Shown: positions 25,390 to 39,154 of the stretch, in pieces
Numbering within the stretch: the stretch's first letter is position 1
Layout: every line of letters starts with the position of its first letter
From: Octopus sinensis
Taxonomy: Eukaryota
NCBI RefSeq assembly: GCF_006345805.1
Contig: NC_043014.1
Span: 13,144,001 to 13,208,000 of the forward strand
Length of the DNA: 64,000 nt
Reading direction: 5' to 3'
The notes under the pieces: generated by a model
Database searches by the model: none
What the model was told of the DNA's origin: nothing
The model's input: only the letters and a program-made list of their open reading frames with translations
Made by a program: the position numbers and the translations under genes

Positions 25390-25696
25390 TTTGTTGTTTG
25401 TTCCTTCTCAAGCCATGCCTGGCTCATAAGGGCCGATTCTCGGTTTCCTTGGCATATAGGTTCCCCACGTGGACGGGACACCGGTCCGTCACAGGTGAGC
25501 TGCAAGATGCAGGAGGAAAGAGTGAGAGAAAGTTGTGACGAGAGAGTCAGCAGAAGTTCGCCCTTACCTTCTGCCGGAGCTGCGTGGAGCTTAGGTGTTT
25601 CGCTCATAAACACACACATCGCCCGGTCTGAGATTCGAACCCGCGATCCCTCGACCACGAGTCCGCAGCTCTAACCACTAGGCCATGTGCCTCCAC
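25390..25696 (-). mobile_element. tRNA-derived SINE family B
   Basis: Reverse complement of the 10978 copy; 11-bp TSD GGAGTTAATGT (25379-25389 and 25697-25707). Confidence 0.9.
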
Positions 25697-25934
25697 GGAG
25701 TTAATGTAGAAGGTATGTATTTCATCGATGGCAAGCGCATTTAAAAGTGCGTGGTTGTGTGTGACTGGGCGCTGTGGAGCTTCTTACTAGGTTTCCGAGT
25801 TTTCTATCTTTTTTTGAAGGCAAGGAGAGGTGGTGCGAGAAAGATCAGAGCAGTTGTGAGCTTAAAAAGTAGAATTCGTAAGCTGCAAATGAATTTATTT
25901 TTCAATGAGAAGACGAACGGATTCAAGGTGATAG

Positions 25935-25937
25935 AGA

Positions 25938-26016
<79 letters not shown>

Positions 26017-26095
26017 GGAGAGAGAGAGAGCGCGCGGGAGGGAGGGAGAATGAGAGAGAGAGACAGACAGAGGGAGGGAGAGAGAGAGAGCGGAA
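25935..26095. repeat. (GA)n microsatellite
   Basis: Visible directly. Confidence 0.95.
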
Positions 26096-26649
26096 TGTAG
26101 TCTATAGCCCTGCATAAAGAAGGTAAGAGCATGGTGGCGCAGTTAGTGGCCAGGGCCCTGCGGAATTCGTGGTCCACAACTGATCGAAGGTACCTTCGAT
26201 TCAGGAAGAATTATCGCATTCTTTGGCATTGGGATTTGAATTCTGAATCAATGCTGTGGATCTGGCGAAGGCGAAAGAACTAAAAGAATGGTATGGTACA
26301 TTTAGCGCGTTTGGGTGAGGAGGGTTGTGGAGATAGGAGTGGGAGTAAATCGCCGTATTGTGGAGAGTGATGGACAGGTGGATATTGTTTATGGTGATGG
26401 AGATTTGAGAAAACCTACAAAAGTATTAAATATGGTAGGGGTAAATTCCAAAACAGGACGAAAAGAGTTCACTACCACTTCCTGTTCACGTCAAAAGCTT
26501 CCGTGGTCCTGCGTTCCTTATCAGTTGCAGCCAGTTTTTCTAATTTAGAGGAGCAAAAACGTTTGGTGTCTCATTCATTTCTCTCCTGTCAACTTTTCCC
26601 TGAAGGAAGACTCTGTCCAAACATTTGATTTTCTACTCTCCACCCGATG

Positions 26650-27820
26650 TCAATATCCTTGATACCAGGTCACAACCAGTTTCCTTAGATAACGAGGGTC
26701 TTCCTTACAAACCTTGCTGTTCTCAATAGAGCAGATTTCTGAATTAATGCAACTCTGGTAGTTACACCAACCTCAATAAGGGAACTGTTAAATGTGTTGG
26801 TGGCGGTTATAGGGCACCTTTAACAACTGAGAATACTTTTGTAGAAACCATCCACAGTCGTCGTATTTTCCTCGCCAAAACCTGGTATCTTCCTATTTAT
26901 TCCTGTTCTTTGACCGCTACATTTAGTATCCGCAGATAAAATCGTATCTACGCTGGTTCACTCTCTCTTCCCTTTGTCCAGAACCATAATATCTGGGGGG
27001 TGCCTGGCATGAATTTCGCTATCTGTCTGTACCTTAAAATCCCACAAAATCCATTACTGGTCATTCTCTATTACACTTTCTTATTTCTTTACTACCCACA
27101 AGGGACTAAACACAGAGGGGACAAACGAAGACAGACAAATGGATTAAGTCGATTACATCGACAACAGTGCGTAACTGGTACTTATTTAATCGACCCCGAA
27201 AGGATGAAAGGCAAAGTCGACCTCGGCGAAATTTGAACTCAGAACATAACAGCAGACAAAATACGGCTAAGCATTTCGCCCGGCGTGACAATGTTTCTGC
27301 TAGCTCGCCACCTATAATACGTCCTAGTGTACTGTTTTGGCCACCCAATCGTGTCTGCGTTTATATTCCTTCTGTACCAAAGGACTACAGGAACTTATTA
27401 TGAGCATAATGGATTCCTCTTTCTCGTTATATACTCTGCACTTAGCACTTTTCACAGATTTATCTATTTTCGTCTTGATGGTATTCGTCCGCGATGATTG
27501 GCTTTGGGCAGCCATTATGAGTCCTGTTTCTTTCTTGAGTTCGCCATTCTTTAGCCATAACCAAGACTCCTCTGCTGCGATGTCCAGCGTTTGTCTGGGA
27601 TGCTGGCCTTGTAGCTTCTCCCTCCCCCCATATGTTTCTTTTCCGCTCCTGTTTTCTTTTCTTCTCGTATTCCGTTGCTGTTTCCGTAGCTTTTCACCCC
27701 CCCCCTCTGGCAGCTGAAATCGGTCTTCCTGGGTTGCTTCTCGCGTATTCCGTTTTGCCATCTCTACACAATCTTCTATTGATATCAGACCTCTCCCAGC
27801 TCCTTCCGTAATAAGCATAA
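26650..27820 (-). pseudogene. R4/Dong-like non-LTR 3' portion (RLE endonuclease), interrupted by a SINE
   Basis: Reads GRGLISIEDCV...LQGQHPRQ..SWLWLKNGELKKETGLIMAAQ..KCRV...EYKRRHDWVAKTVH, then WDFKVQTDSEIHARHPDIMVLDK, YQVLARKIRRLWMV and LIQKSALLRTARFVRKTL*. Confidence 0.8.
27083..27312 (-). mobile_element. SINE family A inside the R4-like element
   Basis: Full family sequence on the minus strand, with CpGs intact. Confidence 0.85.
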
Positions 27821-28557
27821 TCTATATTATTATTATTATTATCATCATTATTATTATTATCTAACACAGTTTGATTCGGCTCCATGAGACTTTAAGTCTC
27901 GCGAGCTTCTGGCAAAATCCCATCTCTTTCAGGATTTATATATAATATTCTTTTATTAAATTCAGTCATCGAACTGTGGTCATGCTAAAAGCTATTATCA
28001 ATCATATTGATCTTAGTTCTTATTTTTGTATCTGGCATTTATTTTATTGATCTCTATCAAATTGCTAAATTACACACACACACACACATCTTATACACAA
28101 ATAGCAATTTCTGTCTGTTACCATCTTGCTGCATACACCAGTGAACCAATCTTGACGAAACTTTGCATACATGCTAAACTAACATATAGACTAATTGGAT
28201 TTCAATAAAAATCTATAATGGGCTCCCTTGAGCTATCATATGATAAAATGAGAAAGGTGCAAAGAGTTTTAGTGCGAGGGAAATGTAGTAGCATAGTGAG
28301 TGTGACTGATATCAAGGAAGGGGAAAATAGTGTTGTGTAAGCGACAGATATGGAGTAGCAATGGGATGTTAACGTTAATACAGCTGTCAAATACACGCGA
28401 CGCCTCGTATATACTTTCGTAAATACATAGATTCACAGACACACACACACAAGTAACTTTTTAAACGCCGAGGAAGGGAGAGAAAGGTGGGTGTGAGGAA
28501 TACGTAGCCTTAAGAAGAGAGAGGATAGGTGGCTTTTCTGCAAAGAAACACTCACAT

Positions 28558-28592
<35 letters not shown>

Positions 28593-28849
28593 CGAAACAC
28601 GCATTGAGTCGAACCAGGGGCAGCTGATGAAGGGGAATTTTCCTTGTATTGTTTGTCCTGTACTCTGTTTTTTCGTTGTTAAAAAAAGTCGTTTCCTTGT
28701 TTGATTTTATGTTTTCGTTTCTCGTGTTCTACGTTTATTTGTGGTGTCCTGTACTCATATATGCATGTATATATACATATAGATGTAAGTATGTACATAT
28801 ATGTATGTATATATGCATGTTTTATTTATTATATTGTTATTATATATAT

Positions 28850-29010
28850 ACACACACACATACATACATACATACATACATACATACATACATACATACA
28901 TACATACATACATACATACATACATACATACATACATACATACATACATACATACATACATACATACATACGTACGTACGTACGTACGAACGTACAGACA
29001 GACAGACAAG
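28850..29010. repeat. (TACA)n microsatellite
   Basis: Visible directly. Confidence 0.95.
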
Positions 29011-29829
29011 CAGACAGATAGTCAAATAAATAGATACTAAAAAATCTGAAATCAAATATTAAGAAAACAGTAAAGAAGCAGGAAATGGGCGGAAGATGAG
29101 GAAAAGAGAGAGAGGAGGAAACAGAGGGAGAGAGAGGGAGAGAACAGTAAGAAAGAGAGGGAGGGAGAGAACAGTTAGAAAGAGAGAGAGAGCGGTACGG
29201 GAGAGAGAGCGTGGTATGAGAGAGAGAGTGGTAAGAAAGAGAGGGAGCGGTAAAAGAAAGAGAAAACGGTAAGAGAGTGAGACAGAGGGACTACAAGTAG
29301 ATATTGCATAACTGAAAGTGAAATGAAAAAAGCAAGTATGAAAATGATCTGTCTGTCTGGACCAGGAAATTATGATGGTTCATTATATTACATCATTCAA
29401 ACCTTTACCTCATCTAAGCCACTTCACCGGGTTTTCGCGCTCTCCTTTGCTACTCATATAACAAATTTTCTCTCATATCTCTTCTCTTTCTTCGCTTAGA
29501 GAAGAAACATAAGAGACTTCTTTCAGTCTCTTTCTGTCTTTCCTTCTCTCACTTTAATCTCTCCTTCTCTCTGCCTGCTTTTTTTGTTTTCATTATATAA
29601 CTTTTCTCTTATTTTCTTTATATAATACTTTCTACGTTTTATTCATCGCCTCTTTCATCTATCCTAAAACACGTAACGCCGAGAATTTTCCCTTGCATTA
29701 TGTTGGCTATTAACTGTTTTAAGAGCGGATACAAATTTTATTGTTATGCTATTAAAAAGTTAAGTTTACCTTACACCTACGTAATTTTGAGTTTAGTTCC
29801 ATTAAGAGATACTTTTGGGTAGCCGTCTT

Positions 29830-30257
29830 GAATCTTTTCGGTTTGAACGGCAGTTTTTAACATAATTTCTAGGTAACTAAAAAATTTTAAACTTCGTATA
29901 CTGGTAGAATGTGTTTATAAAACATCTTTTTCTCTTGGCTTTATTGAGAAAATTCTATAGTTTGTAAGATATTTGTTATTTTTTTTCTTCAATTTCTGCA
30001 ATTTTAACTGGCGTCTATTGAGGTAAAAAGCATTCTGTGCCGTATGAATATGTCCCTCGTTTAAGAAACTGATTGGGTTTATTTACATTTGTGAAGAAAA
30101 AAAGATACCCTTCCCCCACCCCTAACCCTAACCAACCCTAACTAACCCTAACCCTAAAAGACATTGAAATGCAATAGATCGATTCTAGGGTCATAATTAT
30201 GGGTGACAATTTCATATGACACCGCTAGAAAAAACTGCCGTTCAACCGAAAAGATCC
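29830..30257. mobile_element. GGATC-TIR MITE copy 1 (Merlin-like)
   Basis: ~29-bp TIR (G)ATCTTTTCGGTTTGAACGGCAGTTTTT and internal (CCCTAA)n. The flanks do not form a TSD. Confidence 0.8.
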
Positions 30258-31029
30258 CACTGACGTAGCAAGAGTATGCACTACCCAGGACAGTCCTTGG
30301 TTTTGCCGACTCACTCAACATTCCCACATCCGACCCCTATATAGACCGCACCACCAGGTCATCTCTCTAACTGCGGAACTGTCTGGTCATTGACACAATT
30401 TCCACTGAAAATGCGGTAGAAGTATGTCTTCGCAGAAGTGTGGCGAAACCTTTTTTGACACTTCGAAATAGGTCGAGCTATTAAGAAATGAACGAGAATA
30501 AAAAATGAATTTAACAGTTTTGTATGTTTTTGCACGGTTAAAATTATTCCTCTACAATTTCTATAATGTAAATAATAATAATAACGGTTTCTCTCATTGG
30601 CCACAAGGGTCTATAATGTTGAGAGACAAGCAATACAATGACGGGAAGCAAATACAAAAAACAAATAAAATAAAGCAAGAGAAAATAGGTGCATTTGCAT
30701 TAAATAAAAACGTAATTAACACTTGTTAGAAAACTACAAAAATAACTTTAGATAGCGATAACAAAGATACGTTAATAATGAATATTCTATGCTTTTCACT
30801 GGGATAAGAAAACAAGTATGTCTTCTCTGAGGAGTGGTAATTCCACGCTCTAGCTTTTTTTTTAATGTTTACGTACATCAGCTACGGTTAACAAGCTCGC
30901 TTGCAGTCACATGGTTTCGGTTTCAGTTCCACTAGGAAGCTCCTTAGACAAGTGTCTTCTACTGTAGTCCAGGGCCGACCAATGATTTGTGAGTGAATTT
31001 GGTGGATAGAAACTATGTGGAAGCCCATC

Positions 31030-31073
<44 letters not shown>

Positions 31074-31239
31074 GTGTATATTTGCGTCTGTACGCCGTTC
31101 TCTGCTTGAAAACCGGTGTTAGTTTGTTTACATCCCCCTAATGTCGCGGTTCGGCAAAAGACGCCAATAGAACATGTACCAGACTTTAAAAACGAATTTA
31201 TAAATACCGGGGTCGGTTTGTTCGGCTAAACTCTTCAGG

Positions 31240-31620
31240 GCTATGTGGTAAGTAGCTTGCTTGCGAACCACATGGTTCCGGGTTCATTCCCACTGCGTAG
31301 CACCTGGGCAAGTGTCTTCTACTATAGCCTCGGGCCGACCAAAGCCTTGTGAGTGGATTTGGTAGGTGGAAACTGAAAGAAGCCCGTCGTATATATGTAT
31401 AGATATATATGTATGTTTGTGTATATGTTTGTGAGTCTGTGTTTATGCCCCCAACATCGCTTGACAACCGATGGTGGTGAGTTTACGTCCACGTAAATTA
31501 GCGGTTTGGCATGAGAGACCGATAGAATAAGTACTGGGGTCGATTTGCTCGACTAAAGGCGGTGTTCCAGCATGGCCACAGTCAAATGACTGAAACAATT
31601 AAAAGAGTAAAAGAGAGAGT
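31240..31620 (+). mobile_element. SINE family C
   Basis: Same family as 1430, with CpGs largely intact. Confidence 0.85.
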
Positions 31621-31975
31621 AAGGCAGTACCCAGCATACCCGCAGTCCAATGAAAAAACAAACAAAAAACAAAAAAGCGGTAACAGTGGGTAGAAGGCAG
31701 ATATTTAGATTATTTATCACATGGGTCAGGCATATTTGCGCTTCCCTAACCAAAATACCGACAAGAAGCGCCAAGCTCTTTGCTAAATCCTTAGTCACTA
31801 TCTTAACTTGACATTTAGAAAAGTTATGGCACTTCAGTTGCTATTAGCTTGTTGCTGCAGCTCGTATCTTCCATCGAGAATTGTGGTAGGCCATTGAGGT
31901 AGCTACTTAAAGTCCACGACCATCGACTCATCGCTCGTTTCGGACATTTGCCTAAAGTGTTGCTGGAATACTATT

Positions 31976-32356
31976 AGGAAGCACTCCGTCGGTTACGACG
32001 ACGCGGGTTCCGGTTGATCCGATCAACGGAACAGCCTACTCGTGAAATTAACGTGTAAGTGGCTGAGCACTCCACAGACACGTGTACCCTTAACGTAGTT
32101 CTCGGGGATATTCAGCGCGACACAGAGAGTGACAAGGCCGGCCCCTTGAAATACAGGTACAACAGAAACAGGAAGTAAGAGTGAGAGAAAGTTGTGGTGA
32201 AAGAGTACAGCAGGGATCACCACCATCCCTGCCGGAGCCTCGTGGAGCTTTAGGTGTTTTCGCTCAATAAACACTCACAACGCCCGGTCTGGGAATCGAA
32301 ACCGCGATCCTACGACCGCGAGTCCGCTGCCCTAACCACTGGGCCATTGCGCCTCC
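31976..32356 (-). mobile_element. tRNA-derived SINE family B, long-tail variant
   Basis: tRNA-like head; 11-bp TSD GGAATACTATT (31965-31975 and 32357-32367). Confidence 0.9.
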
Positions 32357-32624
32357 GGAATACTATTCACGTCTGTTGGAACCGACTTGCACGTGCCAAT
32401 CCTGGTCCATCAAGGCTCAAATTGTGGTTTTGTTGAGAGCTCGCGCTTCCACCATTCGTACCTATCGAGCAGTTTTCGTTCCTTCTTGTTTTAGTGCATG
32501 AGCCCTAGCTCTAATAATTAGCCGTTATAGCAAATGCAGGCGAAAACAAGTGCAAATGATTGATTTCATTGCCTTTGCTGGCCCTTTAAGTCCGTTGATA
32601 TCGATGTGGTGCTGTTCATTTTGA

Positions 32625-33011
32625 GTGGAGACGCAATGGCCCAGTGGTTAGGGCAACGGACTGGCGGTCATAGGATCGTGGTTTCGATTCCCAGACCGGG
32701 CGTTGTGAGTGTTTATTGAGCGAAAACACCTAAAGCTCCACGAGGCTCCGGCAGGGGATGGTGGTGATCCCTGCTGTACTCTTTCACCACAACTTTCTCT
32801 CACTCTTACTTCCTGTTTCTGTTGTACCTGTATTTCAAAGGGCCGGCCTTGTCACTCTCTGTGTCACGCTGAATACCCCCGAGAACTACGTTAAGGGTAC
32901 ACGTGTCTGTGGAGTGCTCAGCCACTTACACGTTAATTTCACGAGCAGGCTGTTCCGTTGATTCGAATCAACCGGAACCCTCGTCGTCGTAACCGACGGA
33001 GTGCTTCCAAA
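32625..33011 (+). mobile_element. tRNA-derived SINE family B, long-tail variant
   Basis: 12-bp TSD TGTTCATTTTGA (32613-32624 and 33012-33023). Inverted relative to the 31976 copy. Confidence 0.9.
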
Positions 33012-33304
33012 TGTTCATTTTGAACAGCTACGGGGAAAACGTGCAGTTCGGAAATTCTGGAAGTCTGACGCTCTATGGAGGAAGGGCTAAGTGTAGCAAT
33101 TAGTTCTGACCATGGAAGGAGGGTGACTACAGTAAGAGAGATGGTAGGAGAGTCGAGTGAGTTATGATGATATGATTGGCGAGAACAGATCAGCAAACTC
33201 TGAAGAACACTTGCCACTGTAGTTGCCGCTGAAAAAAAAATAATGGAAACAGGACGTTTGTAGGCCAGAGAATGAAGGTGGAATCTTAAGGACAACCAGT
33301 CGTA

Positions 33305-33675
33305 TACTCTTTACTTGTTTCAGTCATTTGACTGCGGCCATGCTGGAGCACCGCCTTTAGTCGAGCAACTCGACCCCGGGACTTATTCTTTGTAAGCCCA
33401 GTACTTATTCTATCGGTCTCTTTTGCCGAACCGCTAAGTGACGGGGATATAAACAAACCAGCATCGGTTGTCGAGCAATGCTAGGGGGACAAACACAGAC
33501 ACACACACATATATACGACGGGCTTCTTTCAGTTTCCGTCTACCAAATCCACTCACAAGGCTTTGGTCGGCCCGAGGCTATAGTAGAAGATACTTGCCCA
33601 AGGTGCCACGCAGTGGGACTGAACCCGGAACCATGTGGTTGGTAAGCAAGCTACTTACCCCACAGCCACTCCTGC
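33305..33675 (-). mobile_element. SINE family C
   Basis: Reverse complement of the family consensus. Confidence 0.85.
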
Positions 33676-33881
33676 GCCTATGCTTTTTTCTTTTTTTCTT
33701 TTATTTTTATTTTTGATATAATCTAATATCTCTGAGCACATGGTCTCAGGTGTAGGGCCAGTATTCCATGGAAAGATGTTTACGTGGCTTCTGGTCATGA
33801 AGTCAGCGCAGGTTTGGCGTGGTGCCTAGAACATTGAGAAAGAATGGAGGGTGATATTATCCGCAAAGTAGCTTAGAAGTT

Positions 33882-34302
33882 GGATCTTTTCGGTTTGAAC
33901 GGCAGTTTTTAACATAATTTCTAGGTAACTAAAAAATTTTAAACTTCGTATACTGGTAGAATGTGTTTATAAAACATCTTTTTTTCTTGGCTTTATTGAG
34001 AAAATTCTATGGTTTGTAAGATATTTGTTGTTGTTTTCTCTTCAATTTCTGCAATTTCAACCAATTACTGACGTCTATTAAGGTAAAAAAAAACATTCTG
34101 TGCCATATGAATATGTCCTTCGTTTAAGAAACAGATTGGGTTTATTTACGTTTGTGAAGAAAAAAAGATACCCTTCCCCCCAACCCTAACCCTAACTCTA
34201 AAACAGATTGAAATGCAATAGATCGATACTAGGGTCATGATTATGGGTGACAATTCCATATGACACCGCTAGAAAAAACTGCCGTTCAAACCGAAAAGAT
34301 CC
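33882..34302. mobile_element. GGATC-TIR MITE copy 2 (Merlin-like)
   Basis: Perfect 29-bp TIR and 8-bp TSD TAGAAGTT (33874-33881 and 34303-34310). Confidence 0.9.
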
Positions 34303-34652
34303 TAGAAGTTAAATAACAACAATGCACTGCTGAGGAGTAAAACTCGTTTGTTCCACTTATAGCCGTCTCTTTGATTTTGAATTTTTCTCGCCATAACTCG
34401 GTCCACAAGACAACCTGTACGTTGTACCACCGTCACCAATACCACTGTTAATGCAAGGAACATATTTTCTTCTTTTGTTTTTACAACAAACACTGATGCC
34501 CTGGATGATGGAAGCACAACAACTGTAAATATCGTAGTTGTTACTGCCGCTGTTATTGCAACAGCTATAACTTCCGGTGAGGTTGCAAGCAATGAGTTAC
34601 TATTAGCATTGTTATCACGTTTCTGCTTGTGTTGTTGGCAATAACACCGTAG

Positions 34653-35061
34653 GGATCTTTTCGGTTTGAACGGCAGTTTTTTTCTAGTGGTGTCATGAAA
34701 TTATCACCCATAATTATGACCCTAGTATCGATCTATTGCATTTCAATCTATTTTAGGGTTAGGGTGGGGGGAAGGGTATATTTTTTTCTTCACAAATGTA
34801 AATAAACCCAATCTGTTTCTTAAACGAGGGACATTTTCATATGGCACAGAATGTTTTCACCTCAATAGACGTCATTGATTGGTTGAAATTGCAGAAATTA
34901 AAGAAAAAAACCAACAAATATCTTACAAACTATAGAATTTTCTCAATAAAGCCAAGAGAAAAAGATGTTTTATAAACATATTCTACCAGTATACGAAGTT
35001 TAAAAGTGTTTAGTTACGTGGAAATTATTTTAAAAAACTGCCGGTCAAACCGAAAAGATCC
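34653..35061. mobile_element. GGATC-TIR MITE copy 3 (opposite orientation)
   Basis: TIRs and 8-bp TSD CACCGTAG (34645-34652 and 35062-35069). Confidence 0.9.
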
Positions 35062-35867
35062 CACCGTAGAAACAAATATTGTTGTTGATAACGCAAACGT
35101 TGCTGCTTTTGCCGGCATTTTCATCGAAGTCGAATGTCGTCTGTTAGTTTGCCTCCTACCACTCTTCTTTCTCTCCATCCCTCCTCTTCCTACAACTATT
35201 CCCATTGTAAATGTGAATATTGTAGCCGCCATCATTGTTTCTATGCCAAACAAATGAAAAGCGGGAATTCAATGTTCCCATCTTTTCATACGAGTTTACA
35301 CTGTCCATTGAGGGTGTCTGGAACTTCTTTAGACTTTATAAATTCATATTATAATATTTTTTAAAGATCCCACTTGAATCTTACACTTATATTTTCTGTT
35401 TGCTCCTGACAGTGTAAAATCAAAAACATATGGAATGAGAATGTGTCCAAGCAGCAGTCGAAAGCTTTTTTTTGTCATGTGGGATTATTAGTTATCCGCT
35501 TCGACACCTGTTTATCGGTCGCTTCTATTTTTAGATGGGACGTTGACATTAAATATCCAAGCTGCAGAGGCTAACGCAGTCAAAAATATTAAGAGTAATA
35601 AATAAATAAGATAAAAGATTGTTTTTGTAATTGATATAGTCTTCGCTTTAACTTTTTCACTGTAACCGATTCATTTACATATTACACATTTTAATATTCA
35701 ATGATTTTTTACAGACTTCTCAGATTTCTTCTCAATGTGTCCTATTTGTCTTGATAAAAAAATTTAATCTCACTCGTATATAGTTGTGTCTTCTTTGTTA
35801 TATCGAATTAATTTTTTAAAAAAAACGTAGTTTCGAAATAAGCATCAAGATTGTAACTTCTTTTTAT

Positions 35868-36180
35868 TTTTTTTATGCGCCCTTTTCAAGCCTAGCCAGG
35901 TTCATGGGCCCAGTTTCTCGGTTTCTGTGGCGTATGTGTTCCCCCCAGCTGGACGGGACGCTAGTCCAGCGCAGCGTTACTCAAGAAACAGGAAGACAGA
36001 ATGAGAGAAAGTTGGGGCGAAAGAGTACAACAGGGGTCACCACCACCCCCTGCTCGAGCCTCGTGGAGCTCTAGGTACTTTCGCTCAATAAACACACACA
36101 ACGCCCGATCAGGGAATCGAAACCGCGATCCTCCGACCGCGAGTCCGCTGCCCTAAACACTGGGCCATTGCGCCTCCATA
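35868..36180 (-). mobile_element. SINE family B variant with a different 3' module
   Basis: Same head as 32625; the tail ends gaaaagggcgcata(n). Confidence 0.8.
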
Positions 36181-36284
36181 TAGATACATAAAATAGTTTA
36201 AAAAAAACAAAACACTTGAAACGAAAATCAAGTTACAAATTGAAATAAACATATAATCCATTCTACATATTGAAATAAATATAC

Positions 36285-36699
36285 GGATCTTTTCGGTTTG
36301 AACGGCAGTTTTTTCTAGCGGTGTCATATGAAATTGTCACTCATAATTATGACCCTAGTATCGATCTATTGCATTTCAATCTGTTTTAGGGTTAGGTGCG
36401 GGGGGAAGGGTATCTTTTTTCTTGAGAAATGTAAATAAACCCAATCTGTTTCTTAAACGAGGGACATATTCATATGGCACAGAATGTTTTTTTTTTACCT
36501 CAATAGACGTCAGTGATTGGTTGAAATTGCAGAAATTGAAGAGAAAAAAACAACAAATATCTTACAAACTATAGAATTTTCTCAATAAAGACAAGAGAAA
36601 AAGATGTTTTATAAACACATTCTACCAGTATACGAAGCTTAAAATTTTTTAGTTACCTAGAAATTATTTTAAAAACTGCCGTTCAAACCGAAAAGATCA
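36285..36699. mobile_element. GGATC-TIR MITE copy 4
   Basis: TIRs and 8-bp TSD AAATATAC (36277-36284 and 36700-36707). Confidence 0.9.
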
Positions 36700-37134
36700 A
36701 AATATACAATATTGTGTATGTGTAAGCTAGATCAAGACCCCTGTACGTTAACGATGCCAGCAAAATTCTATAGTGGTTGCAGCGCTTTTGGTCAATAGTG
36801 CTGTGAAAGAGGGAACCATCGTTGATGAAGTTTCTTCATTATATTTAAGAGACCCCGCGCACAGTGATTCCAAATACATGCAAAAATATCCAGTTGATGT
36901 TGAAATCCAAATGGAGAAGCTTTCGATCTAGGTTAGAAACCTGCTCGTTTTCTTTTGGTGAGAAGTCTTGAAACAAAACTAAATGCATGCATGCATACAG
37001 GCGTGGCTTTGGGGTAAAATGTCTGCTTCCTAACCACTGCGTGGCACTTTGGACAAGTGTCTTCCATTATGACCCAGGGTTGAACCAAACCCTGGTGAAT
37101 GGATTTGGCAAACGGGAGTTGAAAGAAACCCGTC

Positions 37135-37186
<52 letters not shown>

Positions 37187-37219
37187 ATGCAAAGTCACTT
37201 TGATCCGCGAAAGAGAGGT

Positions 37220-37272
<53 letters not shown>

Positions 37273-37449
37273 AAATAAGAAAATGGAGAAATACATCCAA
37301 ATCAAATATCAACTACCAGATAATACTCAATCACATACTTTATTATACCACCACATAAGAAACTATAGGGTTAAACATAAAAAAGTAGAGCAAAACAGTG
37401 TACATAAAGGAGTATACATAAAAAAGTGTACATAAAAGAGTAATGTTAG

Positions 37450-37513
<64 letters not shown>

Positions 37514-38192
37514 GAGTGTGTGTGTGTGACCGCTTGACAACCGGTGTTTGTCACTTATCGGTTCGACAAAAGACTCCGATTGAATAAATACTAGACTTAC
37601 AAGAAAAAAATAAGTAAATACTGGCATCAATTCATTTGACTAAACCCCTTCAAGGCGATGCCCCAGCATGACCGCAGTCCACAGAATGAAACAAGAAAAG
37701 ACACACACATATGTGTGTATACATGTAAGTATGTATAAAAGGTTATGTAGTGTGTGCGTAAGTGTGTGTGTGTATGTGTTTCTTTTTTTCCCTAGCTCTT
37801 ATCAGGTCATCTGTAAATAGGTCACTTGTAAAAAATACGACGAGATACAAATGCATAAATACAAAGAACATAAATACATCTCGATAAATGGGATGTTGTG
37901 AGTTGACAAACACACATATACACGCACACAAACACGTAAGCACGCGCCCACGCACACATACGTATATATTTAAGCTGTAACGAACGGAAGAACAAAGCGT
38001 AGTTTAGAAGCTAGGTTTTAACCCAATCCAGTTTAATTGTTTTAATTGGACTTGAACATGTCGTGAGACCACTATAGAGTGATTTTCACTCAACATCTGA
38101 AGAAAAACGGGAATATCCCCTAAGAAATGTGTAGAAAATGCATGACATATGAAGTCTGTCTGTCCGTCTGTGTGTGTGTGTGTGTGTGTGTT

Positions 38193-38226
<34 letters not shown>

Positions 38227-38227
38227 T

Positions 38228-38450
38228 TTTTTTTTTCTTTTCTACTCTAGGCGCAAGGCCCAAAATTTTGGGGGAGGGGGCCAGTCGATTAGATCGACTC
38301 AGTACGCAAACGGTACTTAAATCTATTAACCCCGAAAGAATGAAAGGCAAAGTCGACCTCGGCGGGATTTGAACTCAGACCGTAGCGGCAGACGAAATAC
38401 TGCTAAGCATTTCGCCCGGCGTGCTAACGTTTCTGCCAGCTCGCCGCCTT
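38228..38450 (-). mobile_element. SINE family A
   Basis: Same tail variant as the 643 copy, but with CpGs intact. Confidence 0.85.
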
Positions 38451-39154
38451 ATATTCAGATGTACTTAGATATGTATGTACTAGCAGAGATACCCGGCGTT
38501 GCTCGGGACTAAAATTACAGCATTGACGACAAAACATTTATGGAGTAAACGATGGGCTAATTCGACTAAGCGATATGTTACGCGTCCGTTTAGAGGATTC
38601 CGGGCCCCAACTGGTCATGGAAAATTGGGGGTGGGTGTATGTGATATTTGAACGCACTGAAAAGCTATCAGTGGATATACTCGCTTTTGCGGCGGTCGGC
38701 ACTGCGTCTAACGCAACCCAATGTATGGTCGACAGTCGAATGAATGTAGGTGTAATTGAGACATTGTTCGTAAATGGGTACTCTCTGGAAAGGGTCTGCA
38801 ACAGGCGATGACAACGAGGAAGTGAACTGTTGAAATAATGCAGAAGGCGAAGGGTTGACATTGGATTGCTGATGTGGCTGTGGAATAAGAAACATTAACT
38901 GAGCCTATGAAGTCACATGAGAATATGTAGTAATGAATTACTTGAAAAAGTAAGGCGTAATGGCTTATCGCATGGTTGGTGGGAGTAACTGGAAAATATG
39001 CTTTGATATTGAAGTCTATGCAGGAAACTGCTTTGTTGGTGCAGTCTTCGAGTTTGTTGGTATTATGCCGAAATGGTATCCATCTTCACCATTCACAAAG
39101 AGCAATGGATACTGGAGCGCATCGTAGGATGTAGTAATTCCTAAAAAACCTCTT

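Noticed and set aside
28589-28645. Hammerhead pieces CCTTCGAAAC...GTC and CTGATGAAGG
   Set aside because: As type II, stem I cannot form next to the core and stem III has only 2 bp. As type I, GAAA is missing after stem II. At most it is a decayed remnant.
30119-30155. (CCCTAA)n suggesting a telomere or fusion site
   Set aside because: It is short, degenerate and internal to a MITE, and recurs in the sister copies.
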